From NCBI GenBank assembly GCA_963727445.1, contig CAVSGI010000006.1:512001-576000 (forward strand): 64,000 nt of DNA, written 5' to 3'. Numbering within the stretch: position 1 is the stretch's first letter; the number at the start of each line of letters is the position of its first letter. The notes below the pieces were generated by a model. That model worked only from the letters and a program-made list of their open reading frames with translations. It was not told the DNA's origin and made no database searches. Shown one piece after another: positions 22,602 to 32,457 of the stretch. Position numbers and translations under genes: made by a program. This DNA is from an uncultured delta proteobacterium (GTDB lineage Bacteria; Myxococcota_A; Polyangia; Polyangiales; B10-G4).

Positions 22602-23073
22602 GGGGTGGAAGGGCACCGGCATCCGACCGGCTCTTGGCAGATGAGAGGGGAGGTGGCGCGCGGGGACCGGGGGGAGCTCGCGGCGGCGGCCGGGTGGGGT
22701 GGAAGGGCACCGGCATCCGACCGGCTCTTGGCAGATGAGAGGGGAGGTGGCGCGCGGGGACCGGGGGGAGCTCGCGGCGGCGGCCGGGTGGGGTGGAAGG
22801 GCACCGGCATCCGACCGGCTTTTGGCAGATGAGAGGGGAGGTGGCGCGCGGGGACCGGGGGAGCTCGCGGCGGCGGCCGGGTGGGTGGAAGGGCACCGGC
22901 ATCCGACCGGCTTTTGGCAGATGAGAGGGGAGGTGGCGCGCGGGGACCGGGGGGAGCTCGCGGCGGCGGCCGGGTGGGTGGAAGGGCACCGGCATCCGAC
23001 CGGCTTTTGGCAGATGAGAGGGGAGGTGGCGCGCGGGGACCGGGGGGAGCTCGCGGCGGCGGCCGGGTGGGGT
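22602..23073. repeat. G-rich ~94-bp tandem repeat, 5 copies (plus a degenerate partial copy from ~22568)
   Basis: 'GGAAGGGCACCGGCATCCGACCGGCT' recurs at 22607, 22701, 22795, 22887 and 22980. Copies differ only in G-run length and one C/T. Confidence 0.95.
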
Positions 23074-23205
23074 GCGGCGTGGGACGGGGCGGCCGCGTGG
23101 AGGATGTGGTCGCGGTGAGAGCCGTTGGCGGCGTTTCCGTGCGCTGCGGCGTGGTTGGCCGCGGCCGCTGCGCGGCCTCTGTCCGGCGCAGGGCGCCGGA
23201 CGCCG

Positions 23206-24127
23206 GACGTGGCGAGAAGTGACCGCGACGCGGTCACAAGTCCGAGCGTTGGGTGCGACGTCGGGAGAAGTGACCGCGACGCGGTCACAAGTCGGGTCGT
23301 TGGGTGCGACGTCGGGAGAAGTGACCGCGACGCGGTCACAAGTCGGGTCGTTGGGTGCGACGTCGGGAGAAGTGACCGCGACGCGGTCACAAGTCGGGTC
23401 GTTGGGTGCGACGTCGGGAGAAGTGACCGCGACGCGGTCACAAGTCCGAGCGTTGGGTGCGACGTCGGGAGAAGTGACCGCGACGCGGTCACAAGTCTGG
23501 TCGTTGGGTGCGACGTCGGGAGAAGTGACCGCGAAGCGCCAAGTCTGGTCGATTGGGTGCGACGTCGGGAGAAGTGACCGCGACGCGGTCACAAGTCCGA
23601 GCGTTGGGTGCGACGTCGGGAGAAGTGACCGCGACGCGGTCACAAGTCTGGTCGTTGGGTGCGACGTCGGGAGAAGTGACCGCGAAGCGGTCACAGGTCT
23701 GGCGTTGGGTGCGACGTCGGGAGAAGTGACCGCGAAGCGGTCACAAGTCTGGTCGTTGGGCGCGACGTCGGGAGAAGTGACCGCGAAGCGACAAGTGGTC
23801 GTTGGGTGCGACGTCGGGAGAAGTGACCGCGAAGCGGTCACGTTGGGTGCGGACGTCGGGAGAAGTGACCGCGACGCGGTCACAAGTCGGGTCGTTGGGC
23901 GCGACGTCGGGAGAAGTGACCGCGACGCGGTCACAAGTCCGAGCGTTGGGTGCGACGTCGGGAGAAGTGACCGCGACGCGGTCACAAGTCCGAGCGTTGG
24001 GCGCGACGTGGCGAGAAGTGACCGCGACGCGGTCACAAGTCTGGTCGTTGGGTGCGACGTCGGGAGAAGTGACCGCGACGCGGTCACAAGTCCGAGCGTT
24101 GGGTGCGACGTGGCGAGGAGTGACCGC
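23206..24127. repeat. 51-bp palindromic tandem array, 18 copies plus 1 partial
   Basis: Consensus GACGTCGGGAGAAGTGACCGC-GAC/GAA-GCGGTCACAAGT-[CCGAG|CGGGT|CTGGT]-CGTTGGGTGC. Confidence 0.97.
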
Positions 24128-24484
24128 TCGTGCGTCTCACGGCTGAACGCATTGCGCCGGGCGCACCGCGCCCACCCCCCGCCGCGAAGCGGCGGCCACA
24201 GAGGCGCCGCAGGCGCCGCGGCCCGAGGCCTCTCCAACCTCGAAGCCGCGTTCCACGGCTTCCACCCCCACGCTTCATCGCCCGACGTTTCCCCGTCCCA
24301 CGCCCTCGAGCGCCACCCCGGTCATCCCCACTCGTCACGCGCCGCCCGTCGCCACCTCAGCTCCCCTCATCAGCCAAAGCGCGCTCCCCACGGCCAACCA
24401 CGTTCGCTCGCGCGATCGACCGAGATCACGAGGCGAAAACCCACGAGGCATGGCTCCTCCAGACCCGACTCGACCCACCCCACA

Positions 24485-25033
24485 TCACTCCACCCGCAAC
24501 CTGACGCACCCCCGCACCTCGTCACCCGCGTCCTCTACCCGCGCCCAATCGATCGCCCCGCCTGCGGCGCGCACCCCCAGAACCACGTCGCATCGCCGCA
24601 CCACGAGCCCTCCCGGCGCGTCGGGCATGGCGTCCACGATGAGCGGTGCGGCGTCCTCGCCGAAGCCGAAGAGCAGAGGGCGGCCGTCGTCGCCCCAGGC
24701 CAAAAAGGCGCGCTCACGCGTAGGGGGCGGCAAGAGTCCTGCGCGAATCACGACGTGGGCGGCGGGCGCCCACGCTTCGTCCTCCCAGCTTTCACCGGGG
24801 GCGAAGAAGCTCACGCCCAGGCTGCCGAGGCACTGGCCGTCTTCGGGCCACTGCTCGTAGCGACCCCGGGCCATCCACGCACGCGGGCCGGCGGCGGGCT
24901 CGCCCAGCGGGAGGTCGAGCTCGGGGCAGGGGCCGTCGTCAGCCGATCGACTGACGAGCACCAAAAAGACGAGGGCGAGGATCAGCGCGGGCAGGGCCAG
25001 CGCGACGATGGCGACGCCTCGCCGCCGGTTCAT
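24485..25033 (-). CDS. Hypothetical membrane-anchored protein
   Basis: N-terminal basic residues plus TM; start overlaps the glgB stop (ATGA). Confidence 0.6.
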   Translation of the reverse strand: MNRRRGVAIVALALPALILALVFLVLVSRSADDGPCPELDLPLGEPAAGPRAWMARGRYEQWPEDGQCLGSLGVSFFAPGESWEDEAWAPAAHVVIRAGLLPPPTRERAFLAWGDDGRPLLFGFGEDAAPLIVDAMPDAPGGLVVRRCDVVLGVRAAGGAIDWARVEDAGDEVRGCVRLRVE

Positions 25034-26919
25034 CCCTCGTCGTGCTCGAAGAAGACCGCGCCCAGGGGCGGAAGGGTCACGGAGATGGACGCCGGGCGGC
25101 CGTGGCTCTTGATGTTCTCGGCATCCACGCCGCCGAGGTTCCCCACGCCCCCTCCGCCGTATCGCTCGGCGTCGGTGTTGAGGATCTCCTTCCAGCGCCC
25201 GGGCGCGACCACGCCGAGCCGGTAGCCCTCGCGCGGGACTGGCGTGAAGTTGAAGGCGCAGACCACGCGGCGGTCGTCGCGGCTGCGGCGCATGAAGGAC
25301 AGGACGCTCTGCGCGCGGTCGTCACCCGCGATCCACTCGTATCCCGTCGGGTCGACGTCGAGCTCGTGAAGCGCCGGGCGCCCGCGATAGAGCGCGTTCA
25401 GGTCACCGACCAGCGCGCTGATGCCCGCGTGGCGCGGATCGTCCATCAGATGCCACGGGACCGAGCCGTCGTGATTCCACTCGTCGTACTGACCGAGCTC
25501 GGCCCCCATGAAGAGGAGCTTCTTGCCGTTCATCGCCCATTGATAGGCGAAGAGCAGTCGCAGGTTCGCCCGTTTCTGCCAGTCGTCCCCGGGCATCTTG
25601 CTGTAGAGCGAGCCCTTCATGTGGACCACCTCGTCGTGGCTCAGCGGCAGGACGAAGTTCTCGTGGAAGGCGTAGATGCTGCGGAAGGTGAGCTCGTCGT
25701 GATGGTGGCGGCGGTGCACCGGATCGCGCGAGAAGTAGCTCAGCGTGTCGTGCATCCACCCCATGTCCCACTTCAGGCCGAAGCCGAGTCCGCCGATGGA
25801 GGTCGGCCGGCTGACCATGGGCCAGGAGGTGGACTCCTCGGCGTAGGTCTGCACGTCGGGATGGTCGCGATACACCGACTCGTTGAGCTGCTTCAGGAAG
25901 CCGATGGCTTCGAGGTTCTCGCGGCCGCCGTGACGGTTCGGGAGCCAATGCCCCTCCTCGCGGCTGTAGTCGAGGTAGAGCATGGAGGCGACGCCATCCA
26001 CGCGCAGACCGTCTACGTGATACTGGTCGAGCCAGAACATCGCGCTCGACAAGAGGAAGCTGCGCACCTCGTGTCGGCCGTAGTTGAAGATGTAGGTCGT
26101 CCAGTCGGGGTGGAAGCCGCGTCGGGGATCGGCGTGCTCGTAGAGGTGGGTGCCGTCGAAGCTGCCGAGGCCGTGCGCATCGGTCGGGAAGTGCGCCGGG
26201 ACCCAGTCGAGGATCACTCCGATCCCCGCCTGATGCAGGGTGTCCACCAGGTACATGAAGTCCTGCGGCGTTCCGAAGCGGCTGGTGGGCGCGAAGAAGC
26301 CGGTGACCTGATAGCCCCAGCTCCCCGCGAAGGGATGCTCCATCACCGGAAGGAGCTCGACGTGGGTGAAGCCGAGCTTCGAGACGTGCTCCGCCAGGTA
26401 GGGCGCCATCTCCCGATACGAAAGCGATCGATTCCCGTCCTCCGGCACGCGCCGAAACGAACCGAGGTGCACCTCGTAGATGCTGATCGGTGCGTCGAGG
26501 GCGTTCTTCTTTCGCCGCTCCTCCATCCACGTCGCGTCGCCCCATTCGTAGTCGAGGTCCCAGAGCACCGAGGCGGTCTTGGGGGGCGTCTCGTGGTGGA
26601 TGCCGTACGGGTCGGCCTTCTCCACGAGGCCGCTCGCGGTGCGGATCGCGTACTTGTAGGCGTCGCCCTTCTTCGCCCCCGCGATGAAGCCCTCCCAGAT
26701 ACCGCTCGAGCCCCGGGGCGACAGCGCATCGCTGTCGGGATTCCAGCCGTTCGTCGTGCAGATCACCGACACGCCTTCGGCGGCGGGCGCCCAGACGCTG
26801 AACCACGCCCCTTCTCGGCCTTCGTGGGTGACGAGGCGCGCACCGAGCTTGTTGCCGAGCTGGTGGTGGGTGCCCTCGTTGAAGAGGTAGAGGTCGTCTT
26901 CGCTCAGTCCGCTGGTCAT
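25030..26919 (-). CDS. glgB: 1,4-alpha-glucan branching enzyme (short form, 629 aa)
   Basis: 'FSVWAP', 'YEVHLGS', 'GSWGYQVTG', '[16 protein letters not shown]', 'AEEST', 'LSHDEVVH'. ATG 26919 overlaps the malQ stop. Confidence 0.97.
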   Translation of the reverse strand: MTSGLSEDDLYLFNEGTHHQLGNKLGARLVTHEGREGAWFSVWAPAAEGVSVICTTNGWNPDSDALSPRGSSGIWEGFIAGAKKGDAYKYAIRTASGLVEKADPYGIHHETPPKTASVLWDLDYEWGDATWMEERRKKNALDAPISIYEVHLGSFRRVPEDGNRSLSYREMAPYLAEHVSKLGFTHVELLPVMEHPFAGSWGYQVTGFFAPTSRFGTPQDFMYLVDTLHQAGIGVILDWVPAHFPTDAHGLGSFDGTHLYEHADPRRGFHPDWTTYIFNYGRHEVRSFLLSSAMFWLDQYHVDGLRVDGVASMLYLDYSREEGHWLPNRHGGRENLEAIGFLKQLNESVYRDHPDVQTYAEESTSWPMVSRPTSIGGLGFGLKWDMGWMHDTLSYFSRDPVHRRHHHDELTFRSIYAFHENFVLPLSHDEVVHMKGSLYSKMPGDDWQKRANLRLLFAYQWAMNGKKLLFMGAELGQYDEWNHDGSVPWHLMDDPRHAGISALVGDLNALYRGRPALHELDVDPTGYEWIAGDDRAQSVLSFMRRSRDDRRVVCAFNFTPVPREGYRLGVVAPGRWKEILNTDAERYGGGGVGNLGGVDAENIKSHGRPASISVTLPPLGAVFFEHDEG

Positions 26920-28970
26920 CTTCGCTTTCGCCGGTCGTCGATCATCGAAAGGATCCGCCGCACCTCCGTGTCCGTGCAAATCGCTTCCAGGCGCCGCGCC
27001 GCTTTGCGCCGCCAATTGGGCCGCTCGCGGTGGGTCCCGGGGACGTTCTGCGGCGATCCTTCGAGCCAGAGGTCCTCCAGGTTCACCAGCAGGAGGTGCG
27101 CGTCGCTTCCCGCCAGGGCGCCGAGGGCCGCCTCGAGGGTGGCAGCCGGCTCGCGCGCGACCCCCAGGCGGTCCGCGAGGGTGTGGGCGAGCGCTTTGCG
27201 CTCCCGCTTCTCGGTCTGTGCATCCTCCGCGGGCGTGAGCCCCATCTCCACGCGCACGTCGATGTCGCGCCCCTCCCACCAGCCGCGCCAGGTGGGCAGG
27301 TCGTGGGTGTTGGCGGAGGCCACCGACGACTCCCCGATCGCGCCCATGATCATCGTCTCCTCGGGACGGAGCTCGAAGGGGAGCACATACATCCGCGACA
27401 GCGCGTGGCGATCCATCGCCTCGCGCACCGCGTCGGGAACAGTGCCGAGATCCTCGCCGACGATCATCGTCTGGTGCCGGTGGCTCTCGACACAGACCAC
27501 CGCGTAGAGCTCTTCGTGGGGCATGTGCACGTACACGCCCTCGGTCGCATCCATCTCGTCGGGGATGCAGTAGAGACGATGCAGGCCCATCACGTGATCG
27601 ATGCGCAGGACGCCGGCCCCTCGCATCTGGTGAGAGAGGCACTCGCGCAGGTAGGCGTAGCCCGAACGGCGAAGCCCGGTGGGAGACATGGGCGCAAAGC
27701 CCCATTTCTGGCCGCCGGTGAAGAGCGCGTCGGGGGGCGCTCCCGCGGAGAGGCTCGACAAGAACGACGCGGGCTCGCGGTAGGCATCATAGCCCTCGGG
27801 ATGCACCCCCAGCGGCATGTCGAGGTAGAGGCCCAGACCGAGCTTCGCCGCTTCGTCGCAGGCGTGGCCGAGCTGCTCACCGGCGCGGAGCTGCGCGTAG
27901 AGGTGATAGCGGATCCGCCGCGGGTCCGCGTTTTCGAGGGCGTTTGCCGGGAAGAGGGAGGGGCTGCCGTGCTCCTCCACCGCGGCGCGGAAGCGCGCGT
28001 AGTCGCGCAGGTGGGGGTGATGCGTCTCGAAGGCGCGGAGCTCCGATTCCGCCCCGCTGTCCTCGAAGAAGGTCTCGGCGAGGGCTTCGAGCGCCGGACG
28101 CAGGAGCGCGTAGCGCCGCGCGTAGTCGACCAGCGGCTCGGCCCGCAGCGCCGCCGCCTCGGCCTGGAAAGCGTCGCTCTCGGTGAGGCGCTTCGCTTCC
28201 GCCGAGCGCGCGTGCTCGCGGGTGGCGATCGGATCGACGAAGAGCTCGTTCCAGAAACGCCGGCTCACCGGTGCGTAGGGGCTGTATTCGAAAGGCTCCT
28301 CCAGAAAGGTGGCGAGGAGCGGAAGCGTGCCCACCATCTCGCCGCCCAGCTCACCGACGAAGCGCACCAGCGAGGCGAGGTCGGTGGCGTCGCCGCCACC
28401 CAGGCTCCGTTCGCTCTCGAGGGCGTAGAGCGGCAGGAAGGCGCCCCAGGCGCGGGTGCCCTCGCGCACGAAGGCGCGCGAGGGGCTGGCGATCAGCGTG
28501 AGCGTCGCCGGCGCGTGCGTGCCGTGTTCGATCGAGACGCGGTGGTAGCCCATGGGCAGAGGCCCACCGAGCCCGAGCTTCCGCGCTTCGACGTGATGGC
28601 CGTCGATCTCGGCGCTCTCCACCACCGGCAGCTCCGAGGCCCGCGACTCCACCACCCGCTCCTCGCCGCCCTCGACGGCCAGGACCGCGCGAAGCTTCGT
28701 GCCGGCATCGACGCCGCGGATCACCACGCTCGGCGCCGCCTCGTCCCAGACCACCGCCACCGGTGCCACGGGGGTCCCCCAGCGATCGCGGTGGAAGTCC
28801 GCGATCGCCGATTCCACCCCACCGTCCGTGTCCACCGCCGCGCCCAGCGCGCGGAGGGTGGCGATCACCGCTTCGTCGCTGCCCACCCGTCGATTGCCGA
28901 GGGCGTCGTAATAGGCGGTTTCTACGCCGTACGACGATGCGAGCTCCTCGAGGCGGACGCGAGAGGTCAT
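26916..28970 (-). CDS. malQ: 4-alpha-glucanotransferase (GH77)
   Basis: 'SPYAPVSR', 'GAPPD', 'LRIDHVMGL', 'GEDLG', 'THDLPT', 'NVPGT...NWR'. Confidence 0.96.
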   Translation of the reverse strand: MTSRVRLEELASSYGVETAYYDALGNRRVGSDEAVIATLRALGAAVDTDGGVESAIADFHRDRWGTPVAPVAVVWDEAAPSVVIRGVDAGTKLRAVLAVEGGEERVVESRASELPVVESAEIDGHHVEARKLGLGGPLPMGYHRVSIEHGTHAPATLTLIASPSRAFVREGTRAWGAFLPLYALESERSLGGGDATDLASLVRFVGELGGEMVGTLPLLATFLEEPFEYSPYAPVSRRFWNELFVDPIATREHARSAEAKRLTESDAFQAEAAALRAEPLVDYARRYALLRPALEALAETFFEDSGAESELRAFETHHPHLRDYARFRAAVEEHGSPSLFPANALENADPRRIRYHLYAQLRAGEQLGHACDEAAKLGLGLYLDMPLGVHPEGYDAYREPASFLSSLSAGAPPDALFTGGQKWGFAPMSPTGLRRSGYAYLRECLSHQMRGAGVLRIDHVMGLHRLYCIPDEMDATEGVYVHMPHEELYAVVCVESHRHQTMIVGEDLGTVPDAVREAMDRHALSRMYVLPFELRPEETMIMGAIGESSVASANTHDLPTWRGWWEGRDIDVRVEMGLTPAEDAQTEKRERKALAHTLADRLGVAREPAATLEAALGALAGSDAHLLLVNLEDLWLEGSPQNVPGTHRERPNWRRKAARRLEAICTDTEVRRILSMIDDRRKRR

Positions 28971-29053
28971 CGGTTCGGGGTGCGGAGTAGGGCATGCTGA
29001 TGGGGCAGGGTCAAGGACGACAGGCTGCCAGACGTGGTATCGATGCGATCCCG

Positions 29054-31195
29054 ATGAAGATCTGGCCGGGCCGACCCTATCCCCTGGGCGCCACCTACGA
29101 TGGCACCGGGACCAACTTCGCTCTCTTCAGCGAGATCGGGCAGCGCGTCGAGCTGTGCCTCTTCGACGAGGCGGGAGAGGAGACGAGCATCGACCTGCCC
29201 GAGCACACGGGCCTCACCTTTCACGGATACGTGCCGGGCGTCCGCCCGGGGCAGCACTACGGCTTTCGCGTCCACGGCCCCTACGATCCCGTGGCGGGGC
29301 ATCGCTGTCATCCATCGAAGCTCCTTGTCGATCCCTACGCCAAGGCGGTCGAGGGCAGCGTGACCTGGCATCCCGCGGTCTACGGATACACAGCCGGCCA
29401 GCCCGACGGCCCCCCGAACGAAGAGGACAGCGCGCCCTACGTCCCGCGCTCCGTCGTCGTCAATCCCTTCTTCGATTGGGGACACGACCGTCCGCCGCGC
29501 ACGCCGTGGCACAAGACCGTCATCTACGAGTTGCACGTCAAGGGGTTCACCCAACTCCACCCGCAGATCCCCGAAGAGCTGCGCGGGACGTACGCCGGGC
29601 TCGCCCACCCGGTCGCCATCGAGTACCTCAAGCGGCTCGGCGTCACCGCGGTCGAGTTGATGCCCGTCCATCAGTTCGTGCACGACCAGTTCCTGAAGGA
29701 CCAGGGCCTGCGCAACTACTGGGGCTACAACTCCCTGGCCTATCTCGCGCCCCACGACGAGTACGCCGCTTCCGGTAAGCGGGGGGAGCAGGTGCAGGAA
29801 TTCAAGAGCATGGTGAAAGCCCTGCACGAAGCCAACATCGAGCTGATCCTCGACGTCGTCTACAACCACACCTGCGAAGGCAATCACCGCGGCCCGACCT
29901 TGTCGCTGCGCGGCATCGACAACGCGGCGTACTACCGCCTCGATCCCAGGGACTGGCGCCGCTACCTCGACTACACCGGCACCGGCAACACGATGAACAT
30001 GCGGCACCCGCACGTGCTGCAGCTCATCATGGATTCGCTCCGCTACTGGGTGCTGGAGATGGGGGTCGACGGGTTCCGTTTCGATCTCGCCTCTGCGCTC
30101 GCCCGAGAGCTCCACGCCGTCGATCGACTCGCGGTCTTCTTCCAGATCATCCAACAGGACCCGGTGATCTCGCGGGTGAAGCTCATCGCCGAGCCCTGGG
30201 ACGTCGGGGAAGGCGGTTACCAGGTGGGGAACTTCCCGCCTCTGTGGTCCGAGTGGAACGGCAAGTACCGCGACTCGGTTCGCGACTTCTGGCGGGGTGA
30301 GGAGCAGAAGCTGGGGGAGCTGGCGGCGCGTCTCACCGGCAGCTCCGATCTCTACGCCATGCACGGGCGCCGCCCCCACGCGAGCGTCAACTTCATCACC
30401 GCGCACGACGGATTCACGCTTCGTGACCTGGTCTCGTACGACCACAAGCACAACGAGGCGAATCGGGAGCAGAACCGCGACGGAGAGGATCACAACCGTT
30501 CGTGGAACTGCGGCGTCGAGGGCGAGACCCACGATCCGGACATCCTCGCGCTCCGCACGCGGCAGCAGCGCAACTTCCTCGCGACGCTCCTGCTCTCTCA
30601 AGGCGTGCCGATGCTCCTGTCGGGAGACGAGCTCGGACGCACCCAGGGCGGCAACAACAACGCCTATTGTCAGGACAACGAGATCAGCTGGCTCGATTGG
30701 GAACGCCAGGACGTATCGCTCCTCGAGCTGACCCGGCGCCTGATCGCGCTGCGCAAGGCGCATCCGATCTTCCAGCGGCGGCGCTTCTTTCACGGTCGTG
30801 ACATCCGCGGGGGCCGCGACATCGCCTGGTACAAGCCGGATGGTCACGAGATGAGCGCCGAGGATTGGAACGTGTCCTTCGCGCGCTCGGTCGGGATCTT
30901 CCTCGACGGGCGCGCGATCCAGAGCACCGACGACCGCGGCGAGCGCCTCGTCGACGAGTCCTTCTATCTCATCTTCAGCGCGCACGACGGTAAGCTGAAG
31001 TTCAAGCTTCCGGAGCTGAAGGACCACTCGAGCTGGGAGCTCTTCGTCTGCACCGAGCGCGAGATCCCGCCCGGGGGCCTCGCCTTCCGCTCCGGGGAGA
31101 CGATCGAGGTGGGGGCCCGCTCGGTGTGGGTCCTGTCGACGATGCGGGGCGCGCCGCTGGGGAGCTCGCCGGGGAACGTTCTCGCGGTGGACTGA
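29054..31195 (+). CDS. glgX: Glycogen debranching enzyme
   Basis: 'PGRPYPLGATYDG', 'NYWGYN', 'DVVYNHT', 'DGFRFDLA', 'IAEPWD', 'AHDGFTL'. Confidence 0.97.
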   Translation: MKIWPGRPYPLGATYDGTGTNFALFSEIGQRVELCLFDEAGEETSIDLPEHTGLTFHGYVPGVRPGQHYGFRVHGPYDPVAGHRCHPSKLLVDPYAKAVEGSVTWHPAVYGYTAGQPDGPPNEEDSAPYVPRSVVVNPFFDWGHDRPPRTPWHKTVIYELHVKGFTQLHPQIPEELRGTYAGLAHPVAIEYLKRLGVTAVELMPVHQFVHDQFLKDQGLRNYWGYNSLAYLAPHDEYAASGKRGEQVQEFKSMVKALHEANIELILDVVYNHTCEGNHRGPTLSLRGIDNAAYYRLDPRDWRRYLDYTGTGNTMNMRHPHVLQLIMDSLRYWVLEMGVDGFRFDLASALARELHAVDRLAVFFQIIQQDPVISRVKLIAEPWDVGEGGYQVGNFPPLWSEWNGKYRDSVRDFWRGEEQKLGELAARLTGSSDLYAMHGRRPHASVNFITAHDGFTLRDLVSYDHKHNEANREQNRDGEDHNRSWNCGVEGETHDPDILALRTRQQRNFLATLLLSQGVPMLLSGDELGRTQGGNNNAYCQDNEISWLDWERQDVSLLELTRRLIALRKAHPIFQRRRFFHGRDIRGGRDIAWYKPDGHEMSAEDWNVSFARSVGIFLDGRAIQSTDDRGERLVDESFYLIFSAHDGKLKFKLPELKDHSSWELFVCTEREIPPGGLAFRSGETIEVGARSVWVLSTMRGAPLGSSPGNVLAVD

Positions 31196-31198
31196 AGA

Positions 31199-32428
31199 GT
31201 GGTCGGGGGGGAGCGCATCGCGGTGGTCGGCGGCGGCCCGGCGGGGAGCACGCTCTCGGCGCTCCTCGCGCGGCAGGGCCGGCGCGTGGTGCTCTTCGCG
31301 GGGCCCCGGCGACGCACGTTGGTGGTGGGAGAGTCCCTGGTGCCCGCCGTGGTTCCGATCCTCGCGCGCCTCGGCGTCGAGGAGGAGGTCGCGGCCGTCA
31401 GCACCTACAAGCCCGGCGCCACGGTCACCTTCTCTGAGGCGGACCGCTACCCGCTGCCCTTCGTCGACGCCGAGGGGGAGCTGCCCTCCTACAGCTACAA
31501 CACCCCGCGCGACCGCTTCGACGGCATCCTCCAGAGCGCCGCCGAGCGCGCGGGCGTACGAGTGGTCGCGCGCGTGGCGCGCGTCGTCCGCACGGGGCCC
31601 GACTCGCTCGGGCTCTCGGACACGGCGCGGGAGGCGGCCGAGCCGGTCTTCGGCGGTGATGGTCCCGACCTGATTGTCGATGCGAGCGGTCGTGCGCGCC
31701 TCGTCGCGCGCACGCTGGGCCTGCCGGCCGTGGCCGGGGGTCGTAAGGACGCCGCGCTCTTCGCCCACTATCGAAGCGCGGAGCTCGATCGTCCGGGTGA
31801 CATTCACGTCGACCGGCACGAACGCGGTTGGGGTTGGCGCATCCCGCTGCCCGGACGTGTGTCGGTGGGGGTGGTCGTCGGGCGCGAGCACCTCGGCCCC
31901 GGCGCGCACGAGGCGCAGCTCGATCACCTCGTCGCCACCGATCGCGTGATCCGTCGTCACGCACCCACCGAACGGATCAGCGAGGTCGCCCGCTACGACA
32001 ACTATCAGCTGAGCTCCACCCGACTCTACGGCGCGGGGTGGGCGCTCGTGGGTGACGCCGCAGGCTTCGCCGATCCCATCTTCTCGACCGGCACCTATCT
32101 CGCGATGCACGGGGCTCAGATGCTGGCCGACGCCGTGCTCGCGGGGACCGACGCGGCGATGGCGCAATACCAACGGCACTGGCTGAGCGAGCTTCACGCG
32201 TGGCAGCGGATCATCGAGCTCTGGTACGACGGGCGGCTCTTCTCGCTCCTTCGTGTGGGGCGCTTCATGCGCCGGCTCCCCCCGGCCCGCCCGGTGGACG
32301 ACCACATCGGGCGGCACATGACGCGCATCTTCACGGGCGAGGCGGGCCGGAACGGCTATGGGCAGGCCCTTCTCGGCGTGGTCGCCCCGATGGGCCGCGC
32401 TGGGGCCGCGAGCCTGGCCATCCGCTGA
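31199..32428 (+). CDS. FAD-dependent oxidoreductase of the flavin-dependent halogenase type
   Basis: 'GGGPAG', 'VGESL', 'YKPGA', 'DASGR', 'WGWRIPL' (WxWxIP), 'GDAAGFADPIFSTG'. Confidence 0.85.
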   Translation: MVGGERIAVVGGGPAGSTLSALLARQGRRVVLFAGPRRRTLVVGESLVPAVVPILARLGVEEEVAAVSTYKPGATVTFSEADRYPLPFVDAEGELPSYSYNTPRDRFDGILQSAAERAGVRVVARVARVVRTGPDSLGLSDTAREAAEPVFGGDGPDLIVDASGRARLVARTLGLPAVAGGRKDAALFAHYRSAELDRPGDIHVDRHERGWGWRIPLPGRVSVGVVVGREHLGPGAHEAQLDHLVATDRVIRRHAPTERISEVARYDNYQLSSTRLYGAGWALVGDAAGFADPIFSTGTYLAMHGAQMLADAVLAGTDAAMAQYQRHWLSELHAWQRIIELWYDGRLFSLLRVGRFMRRLPPARPVDDHIGRHMTRIFTGEAGRNGYGQALLGVVAPMGRAGAASLAIR

Positions 32429-32457
32429 CGAGCGGCCTATTCTCTGCGCGTCGCTCC

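Noticed and set aside
23206..24127. CRISPR array or other guide-RNA (TIGR-like) array
   Set aside because: There are no unique spacers: the variable part is 5 nt with three recurring alleles. No cas or Nop-domain gene is recognisable in the window.
20670..25225. Long repeat-protein ORFs across the arrays (20670..23492, 22534..24237, 23072..25225)
   Set aside because: The 51-bp period keeps several frames open on both strands. Frames switch at indels, overlap real genes, and lack RBS or signal features. Coding is not fully excluded but is unsupported.
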